Of a stretch of 64,000 bases of DNA, positions 17,855-29,022 are shown piece by piece. The position numbers and the translations under genes were made by a program. The DNA lies in the NCBI GenBank assembly GCA_963662655.2, contig CAXXTU010000002.1, forward strand, positions 2,048,001 through 2,112,000, written 5' to 3'. The first letter of the stretch is position 1, and each line of letters starts with the position of its first letter. The stretch is from Candidatus Cloacimonadales bacterium. Its GTDB lineage: Bacteria > Cloacimonadota > Cloacimonadia > Cloacimonadales > JAIOQZ01. The notes below the pieces were generated by a model, which was given only the letters and a program-made list of their open reading frames with translations, was not told the origin of the DNA and ran no database searches.

Positions 17855-20185
17855 TTACTCGTACTTTAGCGCTTTGACAGGATTGGACATCGCCGTAACG
17901 ATGGAATGAAAACTCACCGTCGCAACGGCGATAAGCAGCGAGAACAATCCGGACACAACGAATATCCCGATACCAATGGATGCTTTGTAAGCGAAGCTTT
18001 CCAGCCATTTCTGCATAAGCAGCCAAGCGAGAGGCCACGCGATGACGACCGATACGACGACCCATCTGCTGAAGCTTTTCGTCAGGAGATATGTAATACC
18101 TCCGATGCTGGCTCCAAGAACTTTGCGGATTCCGATCTCCTTCGTGCGCTGCTGCGTGATAAACGATGCCATGCCGAAAAGCCCGAGGCAGGAGATGATG
18201 ATCGCAAGTATGGTGAAACCGTGCAGCAGCTTGCTCAACTGCACATCGCTCTTGTAAGTAGCCTCGTAATCCGCATCCAGAAAGCTGTATTCGAAAGGAA
18301 AATCAGGCGCGAATTTGTCGCCGACCGCTTCGACCTTCGCAAGGATGCTCTCGATATCGGGCGAATTGAATTTGATGGCGATGTAGTTGTCCCACTCGGG
18401 AATCGCTAGGATCGCCAGAGGTTGCAGCGGTCGGTGTATCGACCAGTATTGGAAATCGTTCACAACGCCCACGATCACGCCGTCGGCAAACTGTTTGCCG
18501 ATGGGATCCTCCATGCCGGTCAAACGCAACGCCGTTTCGTTGATCACATACCCGAAGGGCTCGTCCTCGCCGTATGAGTTCTTGCGGTGGAATTCACCGA
18601 TGCTCATCGACAAACCGAAAGTTCTCAGGAAATCCCTGTCACCCGTAATAATGGGTAGCGACATCTCCCCCTCTTTGTTTCCATCCCACCCGCGGACACC
18701 GATGGACCACTTGGGACCAAGCCCAAGCTTGCTCGATGTGGTCGTGACGTTGAGGATCTCGGGGATATTCAGTAATTCCTCTTTAAACGATTCCAGCTTC
18801 TCGACATAGCTGTTGTTCAGCGGCAGATAAAGAACGTTCTCCCTGCTGAAACCGAGATCGTATTTCCGTGCATAACCGAGCTGCTTCGCCATAACCAGCG
18901 TGCAGAAAACAAGGATCGTCGCCATCGCGAACTGAAATACCACCAGCGCCGTGCGCATGACCGCGCTGCTTCGCTTGCGATTCCCCTTGATCGCCTCCAC
19001 AGGCTCGAACGACGACAAGAGGAACGCGGGGTATATTCCCGCAATGATACCGGTCAGCGCCGTGATTCCCATGATCAGTAGAACCAGGCCACCAGATAGT
19101 ATCGAAAACGAAAGCTCCTTGCCGGTGACCTCGTTGAAAAAGGGTGTGAGCAGCTCCGCAATTCCGATCGCGATGATCAACGAGAGAAACGACATCAACA
19201 GCGATTCACCGATGAATTGCAGACGCAACTGACTCCGCTCCGCGCCCGAAATTTTCCGAATGCCGATTTCGCGAGCCCTTTTCACCGAGCGGACAGTGGA
19301 GAGATTCATGAAGTTGATGCACGCCAGCATGAGAATAAATACCGCGATCGATGAGAAGACATACACATAAAGCATTGCACCCATGCTGCCGTCGAGCTCG
19401 TAAAGATGGATGTCAACCAGCGGTTGCAGGAAGAATTTCCTGCCCAGCTCAGGAATCATTTCGTCAAACATCGTATTGATGTCGGACTCCGTCTGCGAGG
19501 TTCCCGCTCCTTCTTTCAGCAGCACGAACGTGTTGTAGCCGAAATCGCCCCAATCGTCAGCGGGATAGCCGGTTATCTTGCTCATCGCGGAAAGCGGTAT
19601 CAGGAAATCGAACTGCAAATGACTTCTCGATGGCAGATCGTCGATGACGCCGGTCACCGTCATATCCATCTGTCGATCCACATCGATCACCTTACCCACA
19701 GGATTCTCCGATCCGAACAGGGTTTCAGCCGTATCGCGCGAGAGCACGATTGATTCGGGGCTGCTCAGCGCAGTGGCCGGATCGCCCCGGAGAAATTCGA
19801 AGGTGAAGATTTCGAACAGCTCCTCCGTGGAATAGCCCGGCTTGAACTTGATCGCGCTCTCGTCCCGTGCGAGCAGCACCATTCCTTCGCTGTAATAGCA
19901 CACGGCGTTTTCGATATCGGGATATTGATCGCGGATTGCCGGAGCCATGGGCGTGGGGGTTCGCCAGTGCTGCTTGCCTTCACCGTTGGAGATGTAGTTG
20001 AACACCACGCGGTAGATGCGGTCGGCGTTCTCGTGGAACCGGTCGTAGTTGTACTCATCCTGAACCCAGAGCAGAATCAGGATGCAAACGGCAAGTCCGC
20101 TGGCAAGCCCGACAATGTTGATGATGGAGAAAAGCTTCTGCCTCGTCATGTTCCTGAAGGCTATTTTGAGATAGTTGAAGAACAT
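17855..20185 (-). CDS. ABC transporter permease, duplicated MacB/FtsX type
   Basis: MFFNYLKIAFRN, SIINIVGLA, INFMNLS..RAREIGIRK, RTKEIGIRKVLGAS, NPVKALKYE; GGGGAG RBS before ATG 20185. Confidence 0.93.
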   Translation of the reverse strand: MFFNYLKIAFRNMTRQKLFSIINIVGLASGLAVCILILLWVQDEYNYDRFHENADRIYRVVFNYISNGEGKQHWRTPTPMAPAIRDQYPDIENAVCYYSEGMVLLARDESAIKFKPGYSTEELFEIFTFEFLRGDPATALSSPESIVLSRDTAETLFGSENPVGKVIDVDRQMDMTVTGVIDDLPSRSHLQFDFLIPLSAMSKITGYPADDWGDFGYNTFVLLKEGAGTSQTESDINTMFDEMIPELGRKFFLQPLVDIHLYELDGSMGAMLYVYVFSSIAVFILMLACINFMNLSTVRSVKRAREIGIRKISGAERSQLRLQFIGESLLMSFLSLIIAIGIAELLTPFFNEVTGKELSFSILSGGLVLLIMGITALTGIIAGIYPAFLLSSFEPVEAIKGNRKRSSAVMRTALVVFQFAMATILVFCTLVMAKQLGYARKYDLGFSRENVLYLPLNNSYVEKLESFKEELLNIPEILNVTTTSSKLGLGPKWSIGVRGWDGNKEGEMSLPIITGDRDFLRTFGLSMSIGEFHRKNSYGEDEPFGYVINETALRLTGMEDPIGKQFADGVIVGVVNDFQYWSIHRPLQPLAILAIPEWDNYIAIKFNSPDIESILAKVEAVGDKFAPDFPFEYSFLDADYEATYKSDVQLSKLLHGFTILAIIISCLGLFGMASFITQQRTKEIGIRKVLGASIGGITYLLTKSFSRWVVVSVVIAWPLAWLLMQKWLESFAYKASIGIGIFVVSGLFSLLIAVATVSFHSIVTAMSNPVKALKYE

Positions 20186-20241
20186 AGATGACTCCCCCTT
20201 GCGGAAAGCTCGTGAATTCATGTTTATTGAAGAAATGAATT

Positions 20242-20258
20242 TGCATTTCCCATGCCAG
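20242..20258 (-). promoter_or_regulatory. Sigma54 -24/-12 promoter of the permease
   Basis: Minus strand CTGGCATGGGAAATGCA, GG-N10-GC spacing, ~55 bp before the start codon. Confidence 0.65.
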
Positions 20259-20464
20259 TGTATCGCTACTCGATAACGCAATTTACATGATCATTGTGTT
20301 CGCTTTGGCCACTGCCCGTACGAGTACGAACAGTGAAGGTAAACGGTGTTCGGGCAATCGCGCAGGCAGCCGAGCAAATCCTGTATGTTTTTCTTGACAG
20401 CGCTTTCGCGTCATTCATGCTACTTTATTGCTGGAAGCTCCTATAAATATTGTAAGGAATGACC

Positions 20465-23400
20465 ATGAGACAACTCGTCCCGCATTATATTCTCGAAAAC
20501 GCCGCAGAGTCAAGATACAGCGGCAGCTTTCAAGCCTGCACCATGTTCATCGATGTGTCCGGCTTCACCCAAATGACACATGCGCTGATGAAAAACGGCA
20601 AGGAAGGCGCGGAAATCCTCACGGATATCATCAATCGGGTATTCACCCCCGCTATCGATACAATATACAACCATCGTGGCTTCGTGTCCACGTTTGCCGG
20701 CGACGCCTTCACCGCCATTTTCCCACTCGATCAGACGGACGAAATCGCACCGGCGATGTCCGCAACGCAAATCCTGCAAACGTTCGAAGTCATCGGAGAA
20801 CAGCAGACCCGTTTCGGGACATTCAATCTTTCGGTCAAAATTGGCATCTCGAAAGGCGAAGTCGAGTGGAAGACCGTCCAAAGCGACGAGCAGAATTCAT
20901 TTTTCTTCCGTGGCACAGCGATTGATGGCGCGGCGGCGTGTGAGAAGAAATGCTCGGTTGGAAATGCAATCCTCGATTTCCCGATTCAGGATTCCCGCCT
21001 TCTCGTCCATTCACATGGAGAAGGTTTTTACCGGATCGAGTACGTTTCGGAGATCATCGCTAACAACGTTCGGGTCACAGCCGCAATGACCGATGGCCTG
21101 GATCGATTCGCTCCTCGCGCCGTACTGAGTCTCACCATTCCGGGAGAATTCCGCGACATCGTGTCGCTCTTCGTCTCCTTCGACGAAAGGTGCGAACTTG
21201 CGCACACCCTGCCCGAGATGATTCGCCTGACCATGCAGTACGGCGGATATTTCAACAAGATCGATTTCGGCGATAAGGGCGGCATCGCGTTAATCCTCTT
21301 CGGTGCGCCGGTTGGACGAGAAAAGATGTTTGCCCGGGCCTGCGATTGCGCGCTCGCTCTTCGCCAAATCCCCGGGATGCGACTGCGGATCGGAATGACG
21401 TTCGGCACTGCGTTCACCGGATTTGTCGGCAGCAAAACCCGTTGCGAATACACCGCATTGGGCATGGTGGTGAATCTTTCGGCCCGTTTCGCGATGGGAG
21501 CCCAGTGGAGTGAGATATACGTCGATCGCTACTTTGCGGCGAATCTCTCGCAGGATTATCAGATCGATTTCATCGATGAGAGGGCGTTCAAGGGATTCCC
21601 GGAGGCGATTCCGGTGTACTCGTTGAAGCAGCGGATCAAGCGCAAGCAACAGGTGAAGTTTACCGGGAGCTTCGTGGGTCGCAAGGGCGAAATCGCGAGA
21701 CTGGAGGAATTTCTTGAGCCGCTTGGCAACCATAGATTCGGCGGAATCATCTACCTCGATGGCGCAGCTGGAACCGGCAAAAGCAGGATTGTTCATGAGC
21801 TGTCGAGTCACATGGACGAGTTCCGCTGGATCGACATGCCGTGCGACGGCATCCTGCGGAAAAGCTTCAATCCGGTCCAGCATTTCCTGGAGATATGGTT
21901 CGAGCAAGACGAGTACAGCTCTCCCGAGGTCAACCGCGTGACGTTCGATCGCCTCTTCGATGCCTTTCTCAAGCAGGTGATCGACCAGGGAATTCGCAAC
22001 GAGCTTCAACGCACACGGTCGGTAATCGGCGGCTTGCTTGGGCTTCAATGGGAGAACTCGCTCTACGAGCAACTCGATGCCCGTGGACGCTACGAGAACA
22101 CCCTCTACGCGCTCAAGACACTCATCATCGCCATCAGCAACCTGAATCCGCTCGTCATCGTTTTCGATGACGCCCACTACATGGACCCCGACACCATTAA
22201 CTGGCTTAAAACCCTCACCAGAAACGTGAATGACGAATCGTTCGCAATCATCCTGCCGTGTCGCTTTCAGGATAACGGAGCGTCCTGCGATTACTCGATC
22301 GAATCAGAGAGAAACCATCGCGTTCAGATCGATAACCTCGACGAGAAGACGGCGCTGGAAATGGTCGCCAGATTCTTCGGGAAAGCCGTCAAGGATATCC
22401 CATCGTCCACCTTCAGGCTCGTATGGAGTAAGAGCTCTGGAAACCCCTTCTACATCGAGCAGATATTGCTCTATCTGCAAGAAAACGATCTGGTCTCGGA
22501 AAATCTAACGCTGAACGAAAGCAATATCGATATCCCTTCGAAAATCAACGAAATCATCATCGCGCGTGTCGATCGCCTGACCGGACAGGTGCGGCAGGCC
22601 GTACAGACCGCGTCCGTTCTGGGCAGGGAATTTCCGGTAAACATCCTTTCGAAAATGCTTCTTTCCTTCACCAGAGCCATTGAGGGTGGCGAGTTTGAAG
22701 ACATCGTCGAAGAGGCCAGACGAGAGAACATCTGGCTGCCGCTTCAAAAACTGCGTTACATCTTCAGCAACACCCTGATTCGGGAGGTTGTTTACGGCAC
22801 TCAACTCAAACAGCGTTTGCGCGATTTGCACAAGCTCGCCGCAGAGACGATCCGGGAGGCATTCGCAGCGGACATCGAGCAACATTTCAGCGATCTGGCT
22901 TTCCACTACGAGCACGCCGAAATCAACGCCATAGCAATCGAATACCTCGAAAAGGCGTCCAACCATGCCAAACGCAATTACCAAAACGATGCCGCATTGC
23001 AGTTCCGCACCCGGCAAATCAAGCTGTTCCAGGAAGTCCTGTCCGATCTGGCAGAAGACGAACATCCCACAAGCGTGCAGCAGAAACAGGTGGGAATGCT
23101 GATTCTGGCGCTGCTCGAAGCGAAGTACTTTCACCAGGTTCTCGGACACATCGACGAAGCAAACGCCGCAGTGGAAAGAGCATCCGGGATTGCCCATAAA
23201 TGGGGGTCCAGGCTGGATATTGCCAAGACCGATCTCGACAAGGCCAACCTGCTCAAGCTGAGTGGTAAATACGATGAATGTGAATCGCTGTTGCAGGAGG
23301 CATTGTCCCTCTTCAAACAAGAAAACGAGCTGAAAATGATGGGACTTACCTACCTCGAACTCGGAGTGCTTAGCTTCTGGCAGGGGAAGCAGAAAGACGC

Positions 23401-24109
23401 ATTCGCATACTTCGAACAGGAACTGGGAGCGTTCGAGCAACTCGGAGAACCATTGCGGGTCGCGGAAGCGCTGGGCAACCTCGGTGTCGTCTATCGCTAT
23501 ACCGGCGATTTCGAGAAGTCGACGGAGTACCTCAAGAAGCAACTGGGCATCGCCGAAAAACAGGGTGACAAGATTCAGATATCGCGTACCCTGGGCAATC
23601 TCGGCTGGGTGCTGGATGGGCAGGAGAAGTATCGCGAGGCCCTCGATTTTTACCGTAAAGCCCTGAAGATCAACCGGGAACTCGGTCTCAAGAGCGAAAT
23701 GATTCGCATGCTGGACAACATCGGCTACGTCTTGCAGTGTATCGGCGAGTACGCCCAAGCGCTCGTGCATCACCAGAGCGCCCTGGAATTTGCCCGTGAA
23801 ACCAACGATATCGAGTCGCTGATCAACATCCACGCCAACATGGCGCTCGCAAGCAAGCTTTCCAGTGACACAAGAAACGCCCACAAGCACTTCGAGATGG
23901 GCCTGGCGCTGATCGAGCAATACGGAATGACTCATTCTCTCCCCGAATTTCTCATCGAAAAAGCCGACCTCCTTCTCACGGAGGGCAAGCGCGACGAAGC
24001 GACGAAGCTCGCGCGCGAAGGTCTGCAAAAGGCGGAAGAGATCAACAACGCTGAATTCGTGGAAAAAGGGAAAAAACTGCTGGAGAAGATCGGCCCAGAT
24101 TCCAAGTAA
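20465..24109 (+). CDS. Tandem class III adenylate/guanylate cyclase + AAA/STAND ATPase + TPR protein
   Basis: MFIDVSGFT, FAGDA, DFGDKG, EYTALGMVVNLSAR; FVGRKGE, Walker A GAAGTGKS, IVFDD, SGNPFYIEQ; C-terminal TPRs. Confidence 0.9.
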   Translation: MRQLVPHYILENAAESRYSGSFQACTMFIDVSGFTQMTHALMKNGKEGAEILTDIINRVFTPAIDTIYNHRGFVSTFAGDAFTAIFPLDQTDEIAPAMSATQILQTFEVIGEQQTRFGTFNLSVKIGISKGEVEWKTVQSDEQNSFFFRGTAIDGAAACEKKCSVGNAILDFPIQDSRLLVHSHGEGFYRIEYVSEIIANNVRVTAAMTDGLDRFAPRAVLSLTIPGEFRDIVSLFVSFDERCELAHTLPEMIRLTMQYGGYFNKIDFGDKGGIALILFGAPVGREKMFARACDCALALRQIPGMRLRIGMTFGTAFTGFVGSKTRCEYTALGMVVNLSARFAMGAQWSEIYVDRYFAANLSQDYQIDFIDERAFKGFPEAIPVYSLKQRIKRKQQVKFTGSFVGRKGEIARLEEFLEPLGNHRFGGIIYLDGAAGTGKSRIVHELSSHMDEFRWIDMPCDGILRKSFNPVQHFLEIWFEQDEYSSPEVNRVTFDRLFDAFLKQVIDQGIRNELQRTRSVIGGLLGLQWENSLYEQLDARGRYENTLYALKTLIIAISNLNPLVIVFDDAHYMDPDTINWLKTLTRNVNDESFAIILPCRFQDNGASCDYSIESERNHRVQIDNLDEKTALEMVARFFGKAVKDIPSSTFRLVWSKSSGNPFYIEQILLYLQENDLVSENLTLNESNIDIPSKINEIIIARVDRLTGQVRQAVQTASVLGREFPVNILSKMLLSFTRAIEGGEFEDIVEEARRENIWLPLQKLRYIFSNTLIREVVYGTQLKQRLRDLHKLAAETIREAFAADIEQHFSDLAFHYEHAEINAIAIEYLEKASNHAKRNYQNDAALQFRTRQIKLFQEVLSDLAEDEHPTSVQQKQVGMLILALLEAKYFHQVLGHIDEANAAVERASGIAHKWGSRLDIAKTDLDKANLLKLSGKYDECESLLQEALSLFKQENELKMMGLTYLELGVLSFWQGKQKDAFAYFEQELGAFEQLGEPLRVAEALGNLGVVYRYTGDFEKSTEYLKKQLGIAEKQGDKIQISRTLGNLGWVLDGQEKYREALDFYRKALKINRELGLKSEMIRMLDNIGYVLQCIGEYAQALVHHQSALEFARETNDIESLINIHANMALASKLSSDTRNAHKHFEMGLALIEQYGMTHSLPEFLIEKADLLLTEGKRDEATKLAREGLQKAEEINNAEFVEKGKKLLEKIGPDSK

Positions 24110-24370
24110 ACAGCATTTCATTCGCTCCAGTTAAGGATAAATCCACTCACGGCGTCTCGCGCCAAAGGACATTTTCATGTCCAGCTTCAGGTGTTTTTTT
24201 TCATCTCTTTCATTTGAAATGGAATTGAGAGAGAAAATACTGACTTCGGCTCAATAATTTACTTTACAATCTGTAATTCCCAGTGCAAGATGGAACTATA
24301 TCGTTGAATTTATAGATCATACAAGAGTCTAATATTCTCCTACAACATATTGAAGAATCAGGGAGGCTAC

Positions 24371-27283
24371 ATGGTAAAAGGAGTATTTGCTTTTTTGCTT
24401 ATCCTTTGTTGCGGAGTCTTGTCCGCGCAACTAAGCGGTTCTTATTCCATCGATCCCTCGGGAGATTTCACGACCCTTTACGCCGCGATCCAGGCGCTGA
24501 ACACACAAGGCGTCGGTAGTGGCGGGGTAACATTCAATCTCACGGCAGGACACACCTATGATGAAGGTAACTACTACGAGGCGTTGACGGTTCAAGGATC
24601 GGAAACCAGTCCCATTGTGTTTCGCAATGCCGGAGTTCCAGGCGTTAACAATCCCGTCCTGACCCGTACGGGATTGGGCACCAACACTTACGGTATTCTC
24701 ATCGACGGAGGTGAATGGATCACCTTCGACGGACTGGACATTCAGTGTACAGCAACAAGCGACATGCCGCGGATGGAGATCGGTTACTGGATCGATAACG
24801 GAGCGAATCACATCACAATTAAAAACTGCACCGTTGCCCTGAGCGCCGAGAACACCAACGAAACCGAAGGCATCAAGTGCGGAACCTACACAACCACCGA
24901 TTCAGGCTACATGCACGACCTCCGCTTCGTCAACAACGTGATTCGTGACTGCTATCATGGGTACTGGATATGCGGCAACAACCTCTACTGCATCGACAAT
25001 CTGTTCATCGGCACCGAGAACGGCGGCGAGCACATCGTTGAGTTCTCGGAATTCCCGAACCAGACCTACCCCTGCGCGGTTAATGTACTGAATACCAACG
25101 GTTTCGTTATCTCCGATATCGAAGTGACCTCCAGTGTTCCCGCGACGTATCTGAGCGACATCGTTATCGAAGGAATCAGCGTGGGAAGCGATTGCCACGA
25201 TTTCGAAATCTCGGGTTGCGAAATCCACGATATCCGTTGCGGAGCCTCGATCAGGGCAATCATGATTTACGGCTACGATGGCGACATTTACGGCAATCGT
25301 ATCTACAACCTCCGTTCATCCAACACAGTGACCGACCGCCAGGTTATCGGCGTGGAGATCATGGCGATCAACGAGATATACAACAACATGATCTGGGGAC
25401 TGGAAGCTCCCAATTCGAGAAACAATATCGATGGCGCGGTCATCGGCATCCATGTGAAATGGGGCGTTGGGCACATTTACTACAACACGATTCTGCTCGA
25501 TTACGATATTTTCTCCATGGGCGGTCACGCTAGTTTCTGCTGCTACCTGAACGGGTACGGCGATCTTCGCAACAACATCTTCGTGAACAACACGTCCGTC
25601 GATGTTCTCAGCTATCCCGATTACAGTTCCATCGCCGTGCTGGGATCCACGCAAACGAACCCCGCCACACGGCTGCAAGCCACCACGAACAACAATATCT
25701 ATTACGCCGGTGTGCCGGACGCTCTTCATGCCATCTTCTACAAGAACTACCTGAACAAGCTGATCACACTGGAAGACTATAAAACGCAAGTCAATCCTAT
25801 GGACGCCAATACGCTGTCCGAGTTCCCGGCGTTTGTCAGCAGTGCCTACCCTGTCGATCTGCACATCTCGGCATCAGCCGTAACCAGCGTCGAAAGCAAT
25901 GCCTTCCCCGTGGTTGGCGTCACCACAGACATCGATGGCGACACGCGGGATTACTCTCACTCCGATATCGGAGCTGATGAAGGAGACTTCCTGGAATCCG
26001 GAGGTGGCGGAGGCGGAACTGGAACCGGCGGCTACTACTTTGCAAGCACGTTCGGGGGAACCGTGGCTTTCGACTGGCAATTGCCGATCGCTCCGTCCGA
26101 AGTCCTCGGCCTTACCGACGACTCATGGTCGGGCTGGATCGCACTGCCTTTCACCTTCCGATTCTACGGGATCGACTACGATCAGTTCGGCATCAACTCC
26201 AACGGCGTAATCACCCTCTTCGAGGAATCCTCATCGCCCTTTAACCTGCCCATTCCCTACTCTGTGGGCACAACGGGATTCATTGCGTGGTTCTGGGACG
26301 ATCTGGACCCGAGCAATTCCGCTCCCGGCGAAACCAGCATCCAGTACGGCCTGAACGATAACGGTAACTTCGTTGTCACCTTTACCCGTTACCCGGTGAA
26401 AGACGCCGACGCGAACGGCTGGATCACCGCGCAGGTCGTTCTGTACAACGACCCGGGCGAGGACAACGATCGCATCCTCTTCCAGTACGATGATCATGGA
26501 AGCAGCATGCCGCTCGATTCGTGCACCATCGGTATCGAAAGCCACAGCGGGATCGAGGGCATCCAGTATCACTACAACGGTACCGGTGGCTCGATTTTCT
26601 CGGGAGGAAGAGCTCCCCTCGCGATCATGTTCGGGGTCGACGACTCGACGCTCCCCGTCACCATGTCATCCTTCACGGCTACGACAACCGCGGAATCGTA
26701 TGTGCAACTCGACTGGATTACCCAAAGCGAGAGCAACATGGTGGGATACCATGTCCAGCGCAATCAAGAGGATAACCTGGACTTTGCAATGAGGTTGACC
26801 ACCTCTCCCATCACAGCGATCAATCAACCTTCCGAGACAGCGTATCGCTTCGTCGATGACGACGTCAACGAGGGAAGCACATACTGGTACTGGCTTGAAA
26901 GCATCGAGATGGATGGAACCACCCGTTTCTTCGGACCGGTCACTGTCGCCATCGATGAGGAGACTCAGGAACAGCCACCGGCGTACTTCGAATCGACGAC
27001 CCTCAAGGGGAATTTCCCGAACCCGTTCAACCCCGAGACGACCATTCGATACAGCCTGAGCGGTACGGAGAATGAACCGGAAAACATAACGATTGCCATT
27101 TATAACACAAAAGGGCAGAAAATCCGCACGCTGATCGACGGACCGGAGGAACCCGGCGAAGAGAAATCGATTGCATGGAATGGCAGAGACGACCAGGGAA
27201 GAATCGTCGCCAGCGGCGTTTACTTCATTCGCATGAAAACGGATAATCACGCCGAGACGCGCAAAGCGCTGCTCATGAAATAG
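24371..27283 (+). CDS. Large secreted beta-helix protein with nidogen-like region and C-terminal sorting-like domain
   Basis: Signal peptide, AQLSGSYSI, Asn-rich beta-helix repeats, DIGADE, LPFTFRFYG..INSNG..FWDDL, LPVTMSSFTA, FPNPFNPET...RKALLMK. Confidence 0.85.
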   Translation: MVKGVFAFLLILCCGVLSAQLSGSYSIDPSGDFTTLYAAIQALNTQGVGSGGVTFNLTAGHTYDEGNYYEALTVQGSETSPIVFRNAGVPGVNNPVLTRTGLGTNTYGILIDGGEWITFDGLDIQCTATSDMPRMEIGYWIDNGANHITIKNCTVALSAENTNETEGIKCGTYTTTDSGYMHDLRFVNNVIRDCYHGYWICGNNLYCIDNLFIGTENGGEHIVEFSEFPNQTYPCAVNVLNTNGFVISDIEVTSSVPATYLSDIVIEGISVGSDCHDFEISGCEIHDIRCGASIRAIMIYGYDGDIYGNRIYNLRSSNTVTDRQVIGVEIMAINEIYNNMIWGLEAPNSRNNIDGAVIGIHVKWGVGHIYYNTILLDYDIFSMGGHASFCCYLNGYGDLRNNIFVNNTSVDVLSYPDYSSIAVLGSTQTNPATRLQATTNNNIYYAGVPDALHAIFYKNYLNKLITLEDYKTQVNPMDANTLSEFPAFVSSAYPVDLHISASAVTSVESNAFPVVGVTTDIDGDTRDYSHSDIGADEGDFLESGGGGGGTGTGGYYFASTFGGTVAFDWQLPIAPSEVLGLTDDSWSGWIALPFTFRFYGIDYDQFGINSNGVITLFEESSSPFNLPIPYSVGTTGFIAWFWDDLDPSNSAPGETSIQYGLNDNGNFVVTFTRYPVKDADANGWITAQVVLYNDPGEDNDRILFQYDDHGSSMPLDSCTIGIESHSGIEGIQYHYNGTGGSIFSGGRAPLAIMFGVDDSTLPVTMSSFTATTTAESYVQLDWITQSESNMVGYHVQRNQEDNLDFAMRLTTSPITAINQPSETAYRFVDDDVNEGSTYWYWLESIEMDGTTRFFGPVTVAIDEETQEQPPAYFESTTLKGNFPNPFNPETTIRYSLSGTENEPENITIAIYNTKGQKIRTLIDGPEEPGEEKSIAWNGRDDQGRIVASGVYFIRMKTDNHAETRKALLMK

Positions 27284-27301
27284 AGGTTTTCTGAAAAAAT
27301 C

Positions 27302-27330
27302 AAGCCGCCCGATCGTGGGCGGCTTTTTTT
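27302..27330 (+). terminator. Intrinsic terminator
   Basis: AAGCCGCCC-GATCGT-GGGCGGCTT followed by a T run. Confidence 0.85.
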
Positions 27331-27445
27331 AAATTGAAGACATATTTGAAAATCGCGCTTAATCTCCTCAAGAAAAGCAAGACGGGCTTGACAGAATCAG
27401 ACAGATACCTCCAACTTATCTTCATTATTCTCAATTGGAGACAGA

Positions 27446-28921
27446 ATGAAGCGATTTATGATTCTTATCGTAGCGATGCTCATGCTTATAGGCGTTATCC
27501 ATGCTAATGGCAAAATGGAAGAGCGTTATTATAAACGGCAGGAAGGAATCAATCAGTCCTTTTCGGAATACTACTACACGAACTTCGATCTCATATACGG
27601 ATTGGACGCTCCAACGTATCTACACGTGATGGATTCTCTGCAAGCGGATTTCGATTCGCTGATCGTATCATTCAGAGAAGACTATCCAGATAGCCATCAG
27701 GCCTTTTTCGATCTGGAGAAACAGAACATACGCTACAGCTTCGATAACTTCATCGTAATGTACCCCTACTACCACCAGCGGATAGCCGGAACGGGCTCGC
27801 TGATCAATGATGAAATCGAGCAAAGACTTGAGAACGATATCGCTAAAATCAACCATCCGGCTTTACTGGCGAACGAAAGTTTCCGTGATTTTACGCGCTC
27901 CTATCTTTATATTAAAACGAAGATCGCCCTTGTGGATCCAGCCTATCAGAAAAGCGACAACCAGCAACTCAAGGCGACTCTGGATGCCATAAGCCAATGG
28001 ATCGACAATCGCGAAGTTGCCGAATACTACAACACCGATTACCTCCGCGACCACATCGACCGGTTCGGGATCAAGAACATCGATGCATGGGTCGATGCCT
28101 GCCCCGATTCGGCCGTTCACGCCATGTACGAGCAGGAACGCATGGGGAGAGAAGGGCACCGGATCGAGACTTACAAGACGGTGGACGGCTTCGATCTCGA
28201 CCTCCATATTTTCCTGCCCGAGCAAGCCGAACAGTCAGAGAAACACCCGGCGATGGTTTACTTCCACGGCGGCAGCTGGACAGAAGGAAAACCGGACTGG
28301 TCTTTCCCCGCCTGTGGATATTATGCGAAAAAAGGATGGATCGGCATCGCTGTGGAATATCGCATCAGTCAACGACACGGATCATTGCCCTTCGAATCGG
28401 TTATGGACGCTAAATCCGCCATCCGCTGGCTTAGATCCCACGCCGAAGAACTGAACCTCGACGCGGACAGTATCGTTGTTTCAGGAAACAGCGCTGGCGG
28501 TCACCTCGCGATGGCCTGTGCAATGGTGGAAAACTGGAACGATCCGCAGGATGATCTCCGCTTTAACTCCGTTCCTGACCTGATTTTGATTAACTCCGGA
28601 GTTTACGACCTTACGGATGTCAACAACTGGATCCGGCAGGGTTTACGAGAACGGGGAAAAGATGAGGAACTTGTTCGCGAAATTTCTCCTTTATATCTCG
28701 TCAGGGAGAAGTTACCGCCCATGTTGATCATCCATGGTGAACAGGACCGCAATATTTCATTTCAATCGGCCAGTACATTTGCCGGGAAAATGACTCAACG
28801 GGGCAATCAGATCGAGTTCCACGCCATTCCGAACGCGAATCATTTTATCTGGTTCGGCCCATACGCCCAGCAAGTAGCATCCATTAGAAAAGCCTTTTTG
28901 AAAAAACATGGATATGAATAG
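27446..28921 (+). CDS. Secreted alpha/beta hydrolase (HSL/BD-FAE-like esterase) with N-terminal extension
   Basis: Signal peptide; FHGGSW, GNSAGGHLA nucleophile elbow, HGEQD, ANH. Confidence 0.88.
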   Translation: MKRFMILIVAMLMLIGVIHANGKMEERYYKRQEGINQSFSEYYYTNFDLIYGLDAPTYLHVMDSLQADFDSLIVSFREDYPDSHQAFFDLEKQNIRYSFDNFIVMYPYYHQRIAGTGSLINDEIEQRLENDIAKINHPALLANESFRDFTRSYLYIKTKIALVDPAYQKSDNQQLKATLDAISQWIDNREVAEYYNTDYLRDHIDRFGIKNIDAWVDACPDSAVHAMYEQERMGREGHRIETYKTVDGFDLDLHIFLPEQAEQSEKHPAMVYFHGGSWTEGKPDWSFPACGYYAKKGWIGIAVEYRISQRHGSLPFESVMDAKSAIRWLRSHAEELNLDADSIVVSGNSAGGHLAMACAMVENWNDPQDDLRFNSVPDLILINSGVYDLTDVNNWIRQGLRERGKDEELVREISPLYLVREKLPPMLIIHGEQDRNISFQSASTFAGKMTQRGNQIEFHAIPNANHFIWFGPYAQQVASIRKAFLKKHGYE

Positions 28922-29022
28922 CGCCATACAGCAATCGTGCAAAAGACTTTGATATCTGTCTTGTTATAGAAAAAGGCTCTATTGCAAATCTGGTGGGTTA
29001 TTGTATCTCAGCCCTTCCTTAA

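Noticed and set aside
22505..24121. 538-aa minus-strand ORF
   Set aside because: Antisense to the cyclase-STAND-TPR gene
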